A DNA stretch of 64,000 nt from Octopus vulgaris (GCA_951406725.2 OX597831.1:34844001-34908000); one strand, 5' to 3'; positions 12,690-26,412 are shown, numbered from the stretch's first letter. Made by a program: numbers and translations. Notes: generated by a model not told the origin, from the letters alone.

Positions 12690-13290
12690 GTGAATGGATC
12701 GGTGCATGCATGTCCTGATGCAGTACCAGGCAGTGGCTCTCATGGCTTTTGATCTTAATTGATTGGAAGTGTTATTATGTACAGTGTTTTGTCTTGGTAT
12801 AAAAGATGGGCTACAGCAAATATTCTGCTCAATAGCACAGATTTGCTTGTCAGTTGTTTGACCTTAACCAGTTGAGCATGTCCCTTAATGGCTGACGATA
12901 TGTGCATCTCTGATCACGAGCAGAGGTAGTAGTGGGAGAGCATCATTGCCATGTGTTGAGAGGAATTCTTTGGGGTTTGGATAATTCACCTCTGGGAACA
13001 TGGGTGTTTCATTTAACATTCTTAAACAACCCTTATTTAATGACTTTTTGAGTGGGATGGGCTATTCGACTTGAAGAAAATTCTAACTGGGCCTCCCTAC
13101 TAGGTCATACCCTGTTAATCTTGATATGAGATCACCATGTCATGCACATATGGTTGTGATGCATGTGCCTGGTGTGCCCATAATCAGATGGCCTGTCATG
13201 ATGGATATAATGGGCTTTGTATATTTTACCTCAGTGTCACTTTGATGGCATGCACTGCTCTCTCACTCAACAGTAATAATAATAATAATC
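12690..13290 (+). mobile_element. SINE-like family E with (AAT)n tail
   Basis: ~600-bp element ending gcatgcactgctctctcactcaacagtaataataat; a second partial copy is inverted at 10585-10845. Confidence 0.7.
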
Positions 13291-13500
13291 TTTTCTACTA
13301 AAAGAACTAGGCATGAATTTTTGGGGCAATGGACTGGTCAATTACATCAACTCCAGTGTTTCACTGGTATTTAATTTATCGACCCCCGAAAGGATGAAAG
13401 GCAAAGTCGACCTCGGCAGAATTTGAACTCAGAACATAAAGACACAAAATGCTACTCAGCATTTTGCCCAATGTGCTAACAATTCTGCCAGCTCACTGCT

Positions 13501-13532
<32 letters not shown>

Positions 13533-13720
13533 CCTTTCTACTATAGGCACAAGGCCTAAAATTTGGGGATGGGGGCAGTCGATTACATCAACTCCAATAC
13601 TCAACTGGTACTTATTTTAAGGATGAAAGGCAAAGTCGACCTCAGCGGAATTTGAACTCTGAATGTAAAGATGGACAAAATACTGCTAAGCATCTTGTCC
13701 GGCATGCTAACAATTCTGCC
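13290..13720 (-). mobile_element. Two tandem family A SINE copies separated by (AAT)n
   Basis: aggatgaaaggcaaagtcgacctc...atttgaactc occurs twice; (AAT)n at ~13502-13531. Confidence 0.88.
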
Positions 13721-14034
13721 AATGATGATAGTCACCCCCATCAATTTTGATGTATGAATGTTTGAAGGAAAAGATTGCAAAAAGTCCTCAGAAAGGATTT
13801 AAAATAAACCTTCTTACCATGCAGCCATGCCTGCACCTATATACACCATTAACAGATAAGATACTGAAGTTCTCATCTTATGGACATGCTATGTTAAAAC
13901 AATATATATATATATCAGAGGAGACAGAAAACTGTCCTGGTTGTAGTTAGTGAGACTGCCAGATACATTTCTGCATGCCAGCCCTGACGATCTCATTTTT
14001 TTGTTGTTGTTTTATTCAAGCATAGTATATCTTT

Positions 14035-14425
14035 TATCTTTTACTTGTTTCAGTCATTAGACTGCGGCCATGTTGGAGCACCCCTTTGAAAGATTTTAGT
14101 CAATCGACTCAACCCCAATATTTTTTTTTTTAAAGCCTTGTACTTATTGTCTGTCTGTCTCTTTTGCCAAACTGCAAAGTTATGAGGACATAAACACACT
14201 AACACTGGTCGTCAAGCAGTGATGAAGGACAAACACAGACATACATACATACATACATACACATATACAACAAGCTTCTTTCAGTTTCTTTCTACCAAGT
14301 CCGCTCGCAAGGCTTTGGTCAGACTGAGGCTACAGGAGATGCTTGCTCAAGGTGCCATACAATGGGACTGAACCTGGAACCATGTGGTTGGGAAGCAGAC
14401 CTCTTGCCACACAGCCACACCAGCA
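14035..14425 (-). mobile_element. Family B SINE copy
   Basis: ttttacttgtttcagtcatt tail and accatgtggttgggaagcag...cacacagccac head in reverse orientation. Confidence 0.85.
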
Positions 14426-15709
14426 TCTTTTGAACTACATTATCTGATGTGTTCTTTGTTTGTATAATCTTTTCTTTAAGACATTAGGGTGTGATTTGAA
14501 GAAAATTTGGCTTCAATTTCCATCAGGTTGAGCACCCATGTAGATGCTTCTTTATTGGCACTGCACTGAAATGGTTACAGTTTCAAGACTTCTTTATAAA
14601 TCTGTATATTCTGAGACTTTATTGAGGATTCCATTGTTTGTGCAAGCACACGGGCAAAATACTTAAGTAGACTCCTCTACTTTTGAAATCTTGGGATATA
14701 CTACATAACAGGGGAGAAAAAAAGAAAAGAAAAATGGATGAGGAGAAGGAAAGGGAAAAAAAGGGACAGACAGAGACAGGGCAGACAGAGAAAAGAAGAA
14801 AGAAATGGAAGCTATTTGGCCAAATATATCCTAAATTTCTAATTGTAATTGAAAAATGCCGAAACAGCATACAATGTAATTTTTAGAATAGAATTCCTCA
14901 ATAAAAATAAATAAAAGTAAACAAATTACATGGTATACAAAGAAAAAAAAAATGAAAATAGAATATATAAAAATTAACGAAGGAAAAATAAAACGAAAAC
15001 AAAAAGTAATTTTATCGAGAGATAAGTAATATCACTTCAAAGGTGGTTATAGATTTATTTGACGATCTCTTGGGGATTTGTTTGGTCTTTAATGAGGATT
15101 TATTGCAAAATCAAATCATATCAAAAATAAGCCTAATTTATTTTAGAGAGGAACACAAATGGCTGTGTGTGTGTGTGTAGGTAGGTAGGTAGTAGGTATG
15201 TTGTGTATTGGTTAAGTTGTTAAGTGAGCAAAAAGTTATGTTCTGTCAGTTAAGATATAGTAACGAGATGTTACCGTTTAGATAAGCTAAGAATCAGAAA
15301 CACAGATTTAGTTTTAGATATAAATAGTAGGGAGAGGTAGAATAATAGTGTCAATGAATTTATTTGTTTCACACTTCACTGGTTTTCCTTTTTCTTTTTT
15401 TTTTTTTTTGTTCCGAACTCAGTGTTGTGTCAGATGATTGTTAGATAGTCCATATTACTCCTTAAAGAGCATAGTGCTGTGTTTATTACTTTTCTACTCT
15501 AGGTAGAATGCCCGAAATTTTTTGGGGAGGGAGCCAGTCGATTAGATCGACCTCCCCACCCTCAGTACACAACTGATTCTTAAGTTATCGACCCCGAAAG
15601 GATGAAAGGCAAAGTCAACATCAGCGGAATTTGAGCTCTGTACATAAAGACAGACGAAATACCGCTAAGCATTTTGCCCGGCGTGCTAATGTTTCTGCCA
15701 GCTCACCGC

Positions 15710-16170
15710 TTTGGACTGTGACTATTTCACACCAGTGGATGTGATCTTGGGCTACTTCCTTGATTTCAGATCAAAAGGGATCAACTGCATTTACTTCATC
15801 CTTTCCAGGTCTTCTTAGGTCGTCCAACTTTTCTCTTTCCTTCAGGATGCCAGTCTAATATTTATAGCAGTGCTGCTTGGGGGGTCTCCTGAGAGTGTGA
15901 CTGATCTGCTCTAATTTACTTTTCAGAATTTTTTTGATTGATGGAAGTTTGGTTTGTTCTATCCTACAGACTTCTGTTTGAAATTTTGTCCAACCAGCAA
16001 ATCTTGAGGATGTAGCACAGACATGCACTGACGAAGGTCTGTAGATTATTCTTTATGGCTTTGGTGACCCTCCAAGTTTCTGACCTGTAAAGAATGAAAT
16101 GGCATTGAAATTGAAGATGTGGACCTTTGTTTTGAAGGAGAAAACTTTGGAGTTCCAGACTAATATTGAA
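15710..16170 (-). mobile_element. RTE-clade LINE 3' fragment
   Basis: Minus-strand LYRSETWRVTKAIKNNLQTFVSACLCYILKICWLDKISN and LDWHPEGKRKVGRPKKTWK. Confidence 0.85.
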
Positions 16171-16214
16171 GCTAGCTAAAATATATGTCTAAACTGGTTC
16201 TATATATCACTGGC

Positions 16215-16852
16215 CCTTCTTCAGAAGGGTCTGAACATAACCATCTGTCATTTATTCTGTTAACTTTTTGACCTTGGTTGAAGTTTTTCTCATTTGAGAA
16301 AAACCAAATCAAATCTTCTGCTGAATTTTTCAGTTTGTTTAAGAGCCTTTCAGATCTGATGTAGTGATTTTCTTTTGCTTTTTCTGACAAAATAACCATT
16401 CCCCATCATATAAGACTTATATCTGATGTCTTCATGGACAACATATCTGATTGTTTCTTCTGACAGATGGAGATCTTTTACAATTGACCTCATGGACTTT
16501 CTGGGATTGTAATCAATAGTCTGTTCAACTTGCTGGATAAATTCAGGTGTTCTGATGATTTCAGAGCATTTAGAATGCTTTTTATGCTTTGATTCTGGTG
16601 ATACGTTTCCATTTTCTGTCTCTAGCTCCTTACAACCTTTGTAGACGAAAGATCTGGCAACTTTTAAAAATTGAGATATTTTTAAATCGCTATGCTCAGC
16701 TTTTATAACCACAATAACAGCATGTCTCTTCATTTCTTGAATAAGCTGAGGGTCCGCCATTATTTTTTTCTGAAACAAAGATTATACAGAGTTAGAAAAA
16801 ATTGTAGCAATGATCCAAAGAAGGTGTGTCCCCAATTACCTTAAGCACCCTT
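16215..16852 (-). mobile_element. Tc1/mariner (maT-like) relic, N-terminal half of transposase
   Basis: ORFs 16350-16778 (HTH region; IRTPEFIQQV...NPRKSMRSIVKDLHLSEETIRYVVHEDIRYKSY) and 16172-16399 (WFFSNEKNFNQ...NDRW); TA-flanked end aagggtgcttaaggtaattggggacac; related to 5373-6440. Confidence 0.88.
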
Positions 16853-17247
16853 TATATATATATGTATATAGTATATGTGTGTGTGTGTGTGTGATTGTCC
16901 CTCTTTGTCTCAGCATTGCATGATAGTTCTAAGCAAGCACAGAAAATTGACATTAAAACAATGATGTTATATTGCCTATTGAATGGCAGAATCGGTGGAG
17001 CATCTGACCAAATACCTTAAAGTATTTGATTACATCCTTTTGGGTTCTGAGTTCAAACCTTGTACCAGCTCCCTTTACTTTTCAATCTTCTTAAGTTTGA
17101 TAACATAAGTACAAGGGTTGATGTAATCAACTACATCTTTGAAGGAAGTATCTCAGCTCATTCCACTCTTCAGTGACTGAAATCTATTAAAAAATATATA
17201 TATGGAGGTATGAAATATGCCCCCCCCCCCGTTCTATATACCATTGA

Positions 17248-17751
17248 CCCTTTTGCATTTAAACCATCATCATCATCATATAACATCCTCTTTCCATGGG
17301 TTGAACGATTTGACTGAGAACTGGCAAACCAGATGGCTGCACCAGACTCCAATCTGATCTGGCAGAGTTTCTACAGCTGGATGCCCTTCCTAATGCCAAC
17401 CACTCTGAGAGTGTAGTGGGTGCTTTTATGTGCCACCGGCACGGGGGCCACTCAGGCGGTACTGGCAACAGCCACGTGCAAGTGGTGTTTTTTACTTGCC
17501 ACCTGCACAGGAACCAGTCCAGTGGCACTGGCAACGATCTCGCTTGAATGTTTTTCCTAGCGAAAATATTCTACCTGTTTTAGGTTCAAACTGACCAGAT
17601 CCTACCTCTCACACTTACCCTACAATGGCATTCTAAAACTAAAACAGTCACATGATTGAAATGTTCAAGCTACAAGATAATGCTTGATTCATTCAAAACA
17701 ATGTGAATAAATCAGCAGTACATTAGACAGAGTAATCTGAATGCTGAAGGC
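17248..17751 (+). mobile_element. piggyBac-type (TTAA) MITE interrupted by a family C SINE (~17265-17555)
   Basis: ttga|ccctttt left end, gaaggc|ttaa right end; body homologous to 38970-39178 and 55050-55254. Confidence 0.7.
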
Positions 17752-17867
17752 TTAAAGTACCCCTGGTGAACGCCCCCTACCCCTCTATCTCTATCTTCAT
17801 ACAAGGACTCAAAGTAAGAAAATCTTCATTGAGTTTTCAAAGATACATAAAATAAGATATGTCTTAC

Positions 17868-17908
17868 TTGAAAATCAAGTGAGGGTTAGCGGCAGGGAGA
17901 GTATCTGG
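17868..17908 (-). other. Candidate small exon (41 nt) of antisense transcript
   Basis: gttgttttgtcag|CCAGATAC...TTTTCAA|gtaaga. Phase 0 PDTLPAANPHLIF; phase 1 (A)RYSPCR*. Confidence 0.45.
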
Positions 17909-18077
17909 CTGACAAAACAACACCTCGGTAGTCTATCTGTCTAACCCATGCTAGCATTAGGAAACAGATATAAAGTACACACATTCTGTTACATATGTAT
18001 ATATGCAAAAAAATATTTAAAAAAAACAAACATGGAGCAAGTGTTTTGGTGTCAGTGATGTCAAGTTTAGTAGTTAC

Positions 18078-18128
18078 CCTTGACATAATGTTCAACTTCC
18101 TTCCAACCAGTTGTCTGTTCTTCCAGAG
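18078..18128 (-). other. Candidate symmetric exon (51 nt) of antisense transcript
   Basis: attatctttgatcag|CTCTGG...GTCAAGG|gtaact. Open in phase 1 (xLEEQTTGWKEVEHYVK) and phase 0 (LWKNRQLVGRKLNIMSR). Confidence 0.45.
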
Positions 18129-18399
18129 CTGATCAAAGATAATCAATAACAATTACTATATTAATGTTCTAACATACCCATTTTAATCACATTATTAACA
18201 TTGAATAAGAACATCAGAAAACTGCAGAGGATTACCATATATCTGCTGGCGGCAGTCTTAGAAGATTCACTGCATTTTATTTATTTGCTTTATTTATTAA
18301 TTTATTTTGTTCTTTTCCCACCCTAGTGTATTAGTTAGGATGGTGTACTCTTTAACTAACTATGTTTCCATTTATTTATGTATGCAGTAGATATTTAAG

Positions 18400-19140
18400 T
18401 GCTTTCTTGAGGTAATACAGTAATTGAATAGCATAAGTGAACACAGTTGATGCTACATTTGCAGTGTACATGATGGAGAGTGAGAAGAATGAATTCCACT
18501 ACACAGGTGGAAGTTCATACTAAAAGATGTTTGTTTTGACATGTAAGACAGCAGCAGCTTTTCGTTTGGAGCTCAAATCTATTATATTGTACACAGACCT
18601 GATACAGTGACAGGAGCAGTAAATCGTGGATGATCTTACTATTTATTTATCCATTGAGCCAGTGAGTTGAGCTCATATTTAAGTGGTTGTTGTGATGACA
18701 GTGGCAGTTGCCTGGATCAAGCAAGCTGATGGTTAAATGCATTCTGTATGTGACCATTCCATCTATTTTTATATGGCTGTGTCTGTTATTTGTAGAGAGA
18801 TGAGAAGTAGATTTCACCAAGGCTTTCCCATTCAACTCAATCTGTTGTATGATTGCAACTGTTGAGGCAGAGAGAGAGTCAGTCTTGTCTGGTGTTGTTG
18901 CATAGTCAATGTCTGCGAATGAAGAGACTAGAGACTTGAGCTGCTAACTTATTTGAGTCAAGTGTGACTCTCGGACACCTTATTTAACAAGGGCTTTCAG
19001 CTGTTGCAGTAACAGACAGTAACACCCCTGTAGGATTGAAAGTAGACTCATTGGACTCTTATGATAAGAGTAATGTGCTTTGTTGACGACCAAGGGCATT
19101 TGGAGTCTTGCGTTTAAGTAGTCGTAGTGCATCATGTGAA
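18400..19140 (-). mobile_element. Very old CR1/L2-type LINE fragment
   Basis: Weak minus-strand remnants such as RVTLDSNKL; many stops. Confidence 0.35.
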
Positions 19141-19197
19141 TACATTTCTTTTTCTCCTTACTTTGTTAAATTATATATCCAGACCTTCAAGGATATA

Positions 19198-19708
19198 AAA
19201 TCAACCACTTTTTATCTATGGACCCCCTTTAATTACTATTTTATTCTGGTGGACCCCCATAGCCATTTGATGTGTAAAAATCTAGTTTTATAGTTGCTTC
19301 TTTCAAAATTCCTATTTTGTTTTTCACACATTAACTTGTGTAGATTGAACTAAGTAAAATGTTAAAGAAAGAATCATCCTAGCTGTTTCTTGCATCGTCA
19401 TCATTTAATGTCCATTAACTATGCTGGCATGGGTTGGACACTTTGACCAGAGCTGGCAAGCTGGAGAGCTGCACCAGGGCCCAGTCTGATTTGGCTTGGT
19501 TTCTACGGCTGGATGCCCTTCCTGACGCCAACCTCTTTACAAAGTGTGCTGGGTGCTTTATGTAGCACCAGATGGGTGCTTTACATACTAATGCATGCAT
19601 CTAAAGCAAAACCTTTTCAGGGGCCCTTAAATTACTATCGTGGATCCCCAATTATTTTGTTGCATGAATCCCCCAAAATCTTATATAGACCTTAGTTGAG
19701 AACCACTG
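19198..19708. mobile_element. hAT-like MITE remnant interrupted by a family C SINE (~19395-19580)
   Basis: Right end ttagttgagaaccactg (CAGTGGTTCTCAAC on minus); ggacccc subterminal motifs; left TIR eroded. Confidence 0.5.
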
Positions 19709-21582
19709 TTATGTAAGATGATGGTGCTTGCTAACAACTATTGCACAATGTCAAAGATGATATAAAGACCCACACACACGTCTTTTATTGTTTGACTTTT
19801 ACCCATTTCAGTCATTAGACTGTGTTCATGCCTTGAAGAACTTAGTCAAACAAATCGATCCCAGTACTTCCCTACCCTCAAAGTCTGGTACTTATTCTAC
19901 TAGTCCCTTTTTACCAAACTGCTAAATTACAAGGAAGTAAATAAACTGGTTGTTAAGCAGTTACACAATGGGTTTCCTACAGTTTCCTGTCTACCAAATC
20001 CACTCACAAAGCTTTGGTTGGACCAAGACTATAAAAGGAGACTCTTGACCAAGGTGTGCACAGTGAGACTTGAATCTGAAACCACATGATTGGGAAGCAA
20101 ACTATTTAACCACAAAACCATGCCTGCACTTATAGCTGAATGATTTGTTTTCATCATCATCGTTTTTACATATATTTTTTTCTATGGTGGCTTGGGTTAG
20201 ATGAGTCTTATTGAAGCAAACTTCAATAGCTGAATGACCCTTCCTGAGGCCCAGCCCTCGTTTTCAAATGAGGTACTTTCTTCTACTGGTCTTCATACAT
20301 CTAAAACTACCAAGCTGAGAGACATGAACTAACATTTCCATTGCCCAAGCAATGTCTGTAAGAACACAGAAACACTCACTCATACATACATACGAATGCA
20401 CAATTGGGTCCTGTGCTCTTTCTGTCTTTCAAATCTCACTTACAAGCATTGGTCAACATACGGTTATAGAAGAAGGCACTTGCCCAGTGGTTGCAAAGTA
20501 ATCCTCTTAATCAGGAATACATCCTTAACTGGAAGTAAAACACTAGCTCCTATCACCAAGTTGCACTCAGCCCAAGTAATATTAGCAGTTTATCTCTTCT
20601 TTCTGCTTGTCATAACAATGCTCAAAACAGTAGATTATTGAAAAAAAAAATGAACTTTTTGAACTCTTTTGTATTGATTATTAATTATTGACAATGCAGG
20701 CCAGTTCTAGTTTTTTTTTTTTTTTTTTTTTCATTTTTTAAAATTTATTTTATTCTGGATATTCCTCTTATCACACCTGCTTTTTGATTTGTCATTCTCT
20801 TCCTTTGGATGTGGACCTGCTTGGTCGGAAATGACTGGCAACTAGAGCTCTGAAACAAACACAGCAAGAACGCAAGAACATTGCCATGTTATTTCTTCAG
20901 CTCCACTTCAAACCATAATAACAAATGTCCTTATCCACTTAAAACAGAATTTTCTTCTGGCAGACTCTGTCATGTGCCTAATTCCTGGCCAACCTGTTTG
21001 ACTCTGGTTATTCTCTGTTAAAGTCACATTATATAACATCCAGTGAAATATCATTTCCATTTCATTTCTTTCTTGCTTCTAAAATGGAGCCAAATAGCTT
21101 TCTCTCTCTCTCTCTCTCTCTTTCTCCTTCCTCCTTTCTTCCTTCCTTCCTTTCTTCCTTCCTTCAGATTATGTTTTCAGCTTGGATGAAGGATGTTTCA
21201 GCTCGGACTGCTCATACACTTGAATACTAAGCAATGCAAATTCTTACTGCTGCAGCAATGAATCATGAAATTTGACTGATATTTTCTATTGCCATTCTTT
21301 AGCTCTTTAATCCATTTCATCATTTCCATCATTTTCGTCATCGTCATCATTTTGATTTTTACTTCTCTGATTTGTTAATTTTATTATTGCCTTGATTCTG
21401 GGCCATGGTTCTTAAGGACATGTTCTTTACCAATAACTATAGCCAACGTGCAAGGTATCTCAAAAGCAGGCGTGTGAGGTTTTAGCACAATCATTTTGGC
21501 ACCATCTATTTGGCATTGCCAATTCAACTCCCTTCAACAGTGACCTTTTTTTTTGACACCAGACATTTCAATGCTTCCTTAT

Positions 21583-21787
21583 TCTCAGAAATGTTAGCAT
21601 GCTGAGCAAAATGCTTAGCGGTATCTCGCCTGTCTTTACGTTCTGAGTTCAAATTCCGCCGAGGTTGACTTTGCCTTTCATCCTTTCTGGATCGATAAAT
21701 TAAGTACCAGTTGCGTACTGGGGTCGATTTAATTGACTGCCCCCCTCTCCCAAAATTTTGGGCCTTGTGCCTAGAGTAGAAAAGAAT
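21583..21787 (+). mobile_element. Family A SINE copy
   Basis: ttctgagttcaaattccgccgaggttgactttgcctttcatccttt core. Confidence 0.88.
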
Positions 21788-21977
21788 CCTTCTCTATTCT
21801 CTCACTCACTCATTCCCTCCCATTTTCTCTGCCCCTAGCTCTCTCTTTCTCTCTCACTCTCTCTTTACGTATGTGTGGATATATTTTTCTAGAGAAGAGA
21901 AAGTGTTTATTTCAATTGTATTCAATTAATAAATTGTAGTGTCTTTCTCTGTGTGTGTGTGTGTTTGCCTCTACGTG

Positions 21978-22296
21978 AAAGTGTGTGACTTAATGGTTAG
22001 TGTGTTTGGCTCATAATCATAGGTTGTGAGTTCAACACCCGGTGTTGCGTTGTGTCCTTGAGCAAGACACTTTATTTCACATTGCTCCAGTCCACTCAGC
22101 TGGCAAAAATGAATTGTGCTTGAATTTCAAAAGGCCACCCTTGTCACATTCTGTGTCACACCAAATGCCCCTGAGAACTACACTAAGGGTACACGTCTGT
22201 GGAGTGCTCAGCCACTTGCATATTAATTTTGCAAGCATGCTGTTCTGTTGATCGGATCAACTGGAACCTTCATCATCATAGCTGAAAGGGTGCCAG
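21978..22296 (+). mobile_element. Family D SINE copy
   Basis: gtgagttcaacacccgg B-box-like; ttgtgtccttgagcaagacactttatttcacattgctccagtccactcagctggc. Confidence 0.85.
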
Positions 22297-22849
22297 CGAA
22301 ACAAAAGTGGGGTGTGTCTGTGTTTGCCTCCAAAACAGGCTGAATGTCTGGTTAGCTGTCCCATATCATCAGCATTCAAGAAGCTGCACCCATTCATCCC
22401 ATTCTGTCCCAATATTACTCCAGAATTATCTCAAACTGACCACTCTGGTTCACAACAAAGTAAAGTAAATACATACCACACTCTGTTTGCCTAAAAGAGG
22501 GGCCTCTGGGTATCGCTGCTAGAAATAGCAGCCAAATCTCTGTATGTTTACTTGGGTTACTAGATATAGCCACTAAATCTCCATCTAGCAGGTTAATGTA
22601 GATTGACATGCCTGAATAAATAAAAGGGCAATATATCTGATTGCCTGACACAGATGGACCTGAAGCAGACCTGGAGTAGAAATGGGACCTTTCTGATAGG
22701 GCTGCAAATGATGAATGAAATATACAGTGTGATTTGAGGGTGGTTTTGGCTGTTATAACTTGCAGATCAAACATATACAGGGAGATACCATTTCTGGTTT
22801 GATATGTGAGCAATAGACTTATGTGATTTGCAGTTATTTTTTTTTGAAG

Positions 22850-23480
22850 AATCAGTCACTGATCTGGCCCTGAAGGAGAAGCTCAGTCTTTGAGATGCAG
22901 TTTTCAGTAGCATTATCAATGTGAGATTATCGTGCAAGATCATTAGAATTTGTGAAAGCTAATACTTGCAGCAAATTTGTGGGGCCTTTATCGGTGTGTT
23001 ATTCATATACCTACAAGAATATAGTGCAAGACTTGTTTTTCTTGATGTGTATAGTAATTGTGTTGAAGGAGGATTGATGGTTATCTTTCCACCAGGGAAT
23101 GCTTTTTGATGTCTCTCTCTCTCTGTTAATGAAAGCTGTGGGTGTCTGATGTCGGGTGTTCTTGGTTGCATGTTGATGACGCCAGACTGCAGAATGTTAA
23201 GGAGAAAGGAAAGGTTGTTGATATCATCTGCATAGAAGTGTGTTTGTTAAATGTAACGACAAGTAGGTCGCTACTATTACAGAAGGAGAAGTGTAGGAAA
23301 GCTGTATTGATGAAACTATGAGAGGTACATCAGAGCTGTAGATGGTTTAGAATGTGGGTTGGAGAGAGTTCAGTCAGTGCATGGAATGCACTGAGAGGAA
23401 ATGTCCGATCCAAGAGATGGGAGAGAGACAGATGAAGTTGATCAGTGAGCAGCAAGAAGGCAGCTAGGAAGTTCTCATGC
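22850..23480 (-). mobile_element. Decayed CR1/L2-type LINE reverse transcriptase fragment
   Basis: Minus strand at ~23220-23270 reads DLLVVTFNK/HFYADDI (RT YADD motif, frameshifted). Confidence 0.65.
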
Positions 23481-23553
23481 CAGACATGGTAACATTCCTT
23501 TACACAAAGTTGTCAAATTTATAAACTCCATACACCTACATAGATATATTTAC

Positions 23554-23585
<32 letters not shown>

Positions 23586-23607
23586 TCACATTTATGTATG
23601 TGTGTGT

Positions 23608-23638
<31 letters not shown>

Positions 23639-23791
23639 TATGTTTGTGTGTGTGTGTGTAATTATACATGCACAATACACAATCTGCTCATAATTAATGT
23701 CTTAATATGCAAATGTTATACGTTTATGTGTGTGTACGCACAAGCATACAGTCTGCCCATCTGTTAACTGCTAATAGAAAGTAATGTATGC

Positions 23792-23832
<41 letters not shown>

Positions 23833-24810
23833 TTAATAATACCAAAATTTGTCATATTCATATAGAAATATTCAAAATATGCCTCTTCTTCCACCGGAAA
23901 GACTTGTTATTTTTCAGCTATCCATTTGCAAGTTTAAGACATAAATCAGCTGCCAAAATGACATAGTTACTGCTTCGTACTACATCTGTGCAATATGCCT
24001 GACCTGGGGCTAAATAACAACACTACATTAATAAAAGAGCCTCTATGTGGTTACTTGAATTGCTATATATAGCAGCTAGTTCTACATCTAGCAGAAGGAC
24101 TTGCTGGTTAATGTAGTTAGGAGTATGTTATGTCCGAATAAATGAAAATGCAATATATGTGATTGGCAGAGACAGGCGGGCCTGAAGCAGATCTGGAGTA
24201 AAAATGGGATCTTTGTGATAAGGTCACGAATAGTGATGGATGGATGATTTTGACAAACGTGGCTGATTGATTGACCAAATGATTAATCAAACAAGCAATA
24301 TATTAATTGGTTAAATAGTTAACCAATTAACAAATAATAATAAAGAAATAAAATAGAACCAGTGCGTGTGTGTGTGTGTGGCTATTGGTATGCAAACCGT
24401 ACTGAGGTACAGAATCTTATTTCAGTGCACAAGTCCACATCAAGAATCTTCAATTCACTAGTTCATTGTTTTCAAATGCTATTTTGTACTGACTTGTGTC
24501 AGAGCCTGTTTGTATGTGAGTATTTGTGTGCATGTAAGTGCACCTGGTGTCTTTAAATGCCAGCATAAATGGGCTGCAATATGCCTTATCATTATTTACC
24601 ATTTGTATTTAAACCATCTTCTTTACAGAACAACTAGCACCTGCCTAACCCGTTACACTCCATCTAAGCAAATTGACCTTAGGACTTGTTTTCTAAGCCT
24701 TATACTTATGCTATATATACACGATGCAATGGGTAGATTATTGCCATTTTATATTTTTTATTTCATGCATGCGCATTGTTTGTTTTTGATTTTGTCAATT
24801 ACACAGTATA

Positions 24811-24975
24811 GGTGCAGGAGTGGCTGTGTGGTAAGTAGCTTGCTAACCAACCACATGGTTCCGGGTTCAGTCCCACTGCATGGCATCTTGGGCAAGTGTC
24901 TTCTGCTATAGCCCCGGGCCGACCAATGCCTTGTGAGTGGATTTGGTAGACGGAAACTGAAAGAAGCCTGTCGTA

Positions 24976-25020
<45 letters not shown>

Positions 25021-25208
25021 TTGTCCCCCTAGCATTGCTTGACAACCGATGCTGGTGTGTTTACGTCCCCGTCACTTAGCAGTTCAGCAAAAGAGACCAA
25101 TAGAATAAGTACTGGGCTTACAAAGAATAAGTCCCGGGGTCGGTTTGCTCGACTAAAGGCGGTGCTCCAGCATGGCCACAGTCAAATGGCTGAAACAAGT
25201 GAAAGAGT
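24811..25208 (+). mobile_element. Family B SINE, young full-length copy with internal (TA)n(TG)n
   Basis: ggtgcaggagtggctgtgtggtaagtagc head, ccgggttcagtccc B-box-like, atcttgggcaagtgtctt CORE-like centre; near-identical to 45542-45925 and 49803-50168. Confidence 0.92.
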
Positions 25209-25211
25209 ATA

Positions 25212-25295
25212 TTAGGGTCGGTTGGGCACTGCCTGTGAGGAAAACAGCACCATGATGCAATTCCCTCTGCCAGAAATTTGGAAACGACATGCTCT
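25212..25295 (+). mobile_element. Short fragment of the same maT-like transposon as 5373-6440
   Basis: gttgggcactgcctgtgaggaaaacagc...ctctgccagaaatttggaaac matches ~5459-5535. Confidence 0.8.
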
Positions 25296-26365
25296 CCGGA
25301 TGTTTTAGTTACACCTCCACTAACACAGCCTGCACTAATAAAATATGTGTATGAAATGTAAACAGAATTCAGGAGCTAAGAGTGTGTAGAGGTTTCGGGT
25401 GAGAAAATCCTGAATGATTTCAAGCATTTCAACAAATTGGATGGCACAAAACCACCCCTACACACACACACTCACTTACACACATACCAAACAAATTAAT
25501 GAAATTCCCTTCCACTCCCAGAAATAATACTGCTGAATTAGAGAAGTAGAGCAGCAGCAGCTGTAGTAGTAGTAGTAGTAGTAGGAGGAGGAGGAGGAGC
25601 AGCAGGGATGGTGGTGGTTGCAGTGGTCATAATGAGAGAGAGGAAGGCCAGAAGGTGGTACAGAAGCCAGTGAAGCATCATGAATACCAGATTGTGTGGG
25701 GGGGGGGGGGGTTAAGTGCATTATTTCAAGCATCAGTGAAATTTAGATGCAAGTTTGACTAATGAGTGGTTTTAAGTTGTATGTAGAGAAAAAGTAGTAT
25801 TTGAATTGTTAATAGTACTGTTTTTGTATCTCTCCATGACCATCCCACCAGAAGTTTTGACAACAGATAAGTGAAATCTACTGGTTAATGGTTTCATGTT
25901 TGTGCATGTGTGCGTGCATGCAGGTATGGTTGTGTGGTAAGAAGTTTGCCTCCCAATCACATTGTTTTGGGTTCAGTCCTATTGTATGGCATCTTGGGCA
26001 AGAGTCTTCTACTATAGTCCTGGGCTGAGCAAAGCCTTGTGAGTGGATTTGGTAGACAGAAACTGAATGACACCTATTGTATATGATTATTGGCAGAAAT
26101 AGCCCGAAACCTATTTGAACAGACATCCATGTTGAATTGGCTACGATATTACATGTATATATCTTTCCTGTGTTTGTCCCCCACCACTGCTTGATACCTG
26201 ATGTTGATACGTTTACATCCTTATGACTTAGCAGTTCAGCAAAAGAGAACCACAATAACTACCAGCCATGAAAATAAGTACTTCAGTTGATGTTTTTGAC
26301 TAAACTCTTCAAAGTTGTGTCCTAGTATGGCCACAGTCCAATGACCACTGTCCAGTGACTGAAAC

Positions 26366-26412
<47 letters not shown>

